From sequence record NC_031050.1: DNA of 51,802 bases; one strand, 5' to 3'. Position 1 is the stretch's first letter. Each line of letters begins with the position of its first letter. Under the pieces are notes generated by a model. It did no database searches and was not told the origin of the DNA. It worked only from the letters and a program-made list of their open reading frames with translations. Below are positions 50,181 to 51,802 of the stretch, piece by piece. The translations under genes were made by a program, and so were the position numbers. The DNA is from Escherichia phage vB_EcoS_NBD2.

Positions 50181-50422
50181 TCGATCACCTCCACTTCATC
50201 ACTACGGAAGTAGATCGAGAAGTTCCACATATCCGGCCCTTCCATGATTTCAGCCGCCGCCCCGCCATGCTTCGCGCAGTCGTGGAGGTGAATATCGAAA
50301 CCCCACTCCGCGCCCATTGCTTCGCTGTGATACTTCGCCTCAACCTCGAAAGGCTTAAACGGGAACTCTTCATTCCATACGTGAACATAATTTTCGTGAC
50401 CGCCGATTACTTTTACTTTCAT
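50177..50422 (-). CDS. hypothetical protein
   Basis: 81-aa ORF, ATGA overlap. Confidence 0.4.
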   Translation of the reverse strand: MKVKVIGGHENYVHVWNEEFPFKPFEVEAKYHSEAMGAEWGFDIHLHDCAKHGGAAAEIMEGPDMWNFSIYFRSDEVEVIE

Positions 50423-50670
50423 GATGATAGCCCCTTGTTGGTTAGTTGTTCTATAATGTTACAGGTTTTGTTTATGCAATCCGCCTGGGCAGATGCGTTT
50501 CCGCTCGTGTAATCACGCTCGACAAGTATATCATAGGCCTCTTCCGTCCAGTGGATGATTGTTACGGTTGTGATTGGTGCTCCCATTCCATTCGAGCGAT
50601 GTTCGCGCCGGACGTAAAGCCCCAAACGTTCAGCCCTGGCAAGAGCGGCGATTAAGCCAGCATGTTTCAT
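50419..50670 (-). CDS. hypothetical protein
   Basis: ORF trimmed to ATG at 50670. Confidence 0.4.
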   Translation of the reverse strand: MKHAGLIAALARAERLGLYVRREHRSNGMGAPITTVTIIHWTEEAYDILVERDYTSGNASAQADCINKTCNIIEQLTNKGLSS

Positions 50671-50927
50671 AATTCCACCGTTAGAAATTGAACTGCCTTT
50701 TCGATGCACTCACCCTGCGAGCCGTAGAACACAGAGAAACCACGCTGGCAGATTGTCCAGGTGCGCGATCCCTTTGCGGTCTGCTTAATCTCAATGTGAT
50801 TGTAAGGATTGCGACGCACGCACTTGAACGCCCCGACCTTCTCACCCTTGCGCTTCGTACTGTATTTGTCCGTAACGACAATCCCGCTATCCGTTGCCAT
50901 GTCGATTGCTTGCTGAATGGTAATCAT
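50667..50927 (-). CDS. hypothetical protein
   Basis: ORF trimmed to ATG at 50927. Confidence 0.4.
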   Translation of the reverse strand: MITIQQAIDMATDSGIVVTDKYSTKRKGEKVGAFKCVRRNPYNHIEIKQTAKGSRTWTICQRGFSVFYGSQGECIEKAVQFLTVEL

Positions 50928-50931
50928 GATC

Positions 50932-51120
50932 TCACCCTCTGCGCCAGATAGAGGCCTTCGCCCCAAATTCAACAACTTTCAATCGCTGCTCAACTCGCGG
51001 AGTCATCTTGTAAGGCCTCCAGTTGAAGTCCGTTTGAAGAGAGAACCATGACCCGTTAGCGGTCTGGATGAATTGCCCATCTTCGCTAGCGTGACGTGTA
51101 CCAGTGATTTCTTTACGCAT
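50932..51120 (-). CDS. hypothetical protein
   Basis: ORF trimmed to ATG at 51120; first gene of rightward-end - strand operon; motif promoter upstream. Confidence 0.4.
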   Translation of the reverse strand: MRKEITGTRHASEDGQFIQTANGSWFSLQTDFNWRPYKMTPRVEQRLKVVEFGAKASIWRRG

Positions 51121-51156
51121 TTTGTGTGCCTCAGTCTGTTTCGTTTCGATGAAATG

Positions 51157-51201
51157 ATAGTAACCCATCTGCGCTGATCGGTTTTAGCAAAAAGTGCTAT
51201 T
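51157..51201 (-). promoter_or_regulatory. motif promoter on - strand for the right-end early operon
   Basis: Reverse complement of 51181-51201 is AATAGCACtttTTGCTAAAAC. Confidence 0.45.
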
Positions 51202-51217
51202 TATTCGATTGCCCTCC

Positions 51218-51275
51218 ATTATTCCAATTATTCCAATTATTCCGAATATTCCATTCCACCAGAATAATTATTCCA
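51218..51275. repeat. tandem 9-bp ATTATTCCA-like repeats
   Basis: Three consecutive near-perfect units plus degenerate copies. Confidence 0.7.
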
Positions 51276-51301
51276 GATCTCGTTACAGATCAGATCCGAT
51301 C
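51276..51301. other. cluster of four GATC (Dam) sites within 26 bp
   Basis: GATC at 51276, 51288, 51293, 51298, followed by TGAT/GATG-rich tract 51300-51380. Confidence 0.6.
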
Positions 51302-51802
51302 GTGATGATTCGATGCCGCTCCTTTCGTGATTAGATTTGATGAGTTTTGATTGTGATGTGATGAATGATGATGATTGATGACACTAGACCGATTGGTCTA
51401 ATCATTTTTTCGCACCGCACTTTTTGCGCTTGTTATTGTTGTTGTCGTGTGTTTCAATTTCACGCCCTCCGTGGAATCCGAAACGGAATAGTTGTTGATT
51501 AACAAAAATAACACTATACCCTTTTATAGTAAGTAATTAATATATATAGGTTTTTTATATTATATAAATATTGTTGTTATAGATTGTTCTATATGTTTCA
51601 CCATTCACGGGAGATATGTATACATTTTCCGAAAGGAATGGGCATATGATATTGCGCTTCCATTTGGACGGCGTGACGTAGGTATACATATACCCCTCCG
51701 CAAATAGCGGAACAAGGGCAACAGCCGATAACATTCGTCGATAACAAGCGGTGCGCCTGCGCTCGCCTCGCAAAAAGTGTTATAAGGCCGATTATTAACA
51801 AC

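Noticed and set aside
51218-51275. CRISPR array
   Set aside because: The repeats are 9 bp, directly tandem with no spacers; the tail fibre repeats are coding; no cas genes are present.
51555-51801. ORFs 51555..51773 (-) and 51598..51801 (-) in the terminal AT-rich region
   Set aside because: No RBS or promoter context, overlapping each other in a repeat-rich non-coding stretch; more likely chance ORFs.
1-51802. Lysogeny module (integrase, CI-like repressor, att site)
   Set aside because: No tyrosine or serine recombinase-sized ORF with recognisable motifs and no repressor/Cro pair were found; the gene content looks strictly lytic.

Overview
This window reads as a nearly complete genome of a virulent tailed siphovirus with T1-like (Drexlerviridae-like) architecture; the family assignment is an inference from gene order and motifs, not from a database search. 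Layout: (1) 1-9.3 kb, a + strand block of about 25 small early genes, almost every one preceded by its own promoter-like element, including a HAD phosphatase and a T4 gp1-like dNMP kinase; (2) a tRNA-Ser(GCU) at 9424-9511; (3) 10-29.4 kb, the late morphogenesis operon (TerS, TerL, portal, MuF-like, scaffold, major capsid, head-tail joining, major tail, G/GT chaperones with a -1 frameshift site, tape measure, lambda-like M-L-K-I-J tip module); (4) 29.4-30.8 kb, three - strand genes downstream of J; (5) 31.2-33.6 kb, recombination module (PD-(D/E)xK exonuclease, Erf-like annealase, SSB); (6) - strand tail fibre with internal tandem repeats and a C-terminal chaperone-like domain; (7) replication and modification genes (primase, small HTH protein, SF2 helicase, VRR-NUC nuclease, phage-type Dam methylase, HTH-metallophosphoesterase fusion); (8) lysis cassette (holin, SAR-type endolysin, unimolecular spanin); (9) 44.7-51.2 kb, - strand clusters of small genes plus a 530-aa P-loop protein and a methyltransferase-like protein; (10) two AT-rich, repeat-rich non-coding regions (30.8-31.3 kb and 51.2-51.8 kb) that share sequence words and look like origin or control regions. 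The most striking signal is a roughly 19-bp dyad-containing motif (consensus ATAGCAC-N3-TTG(C/T)TAAAAC, arms TAGCA-N5-TGCTA) present in at least 22 copies, each exactly 22 bp upstream of a -10-like hexamer on whichever strand is transcribed. No integrase, CI-like repressor or CRISPR array was found. Product calls rest on motifs I can read in the translations; no homology search was possible.
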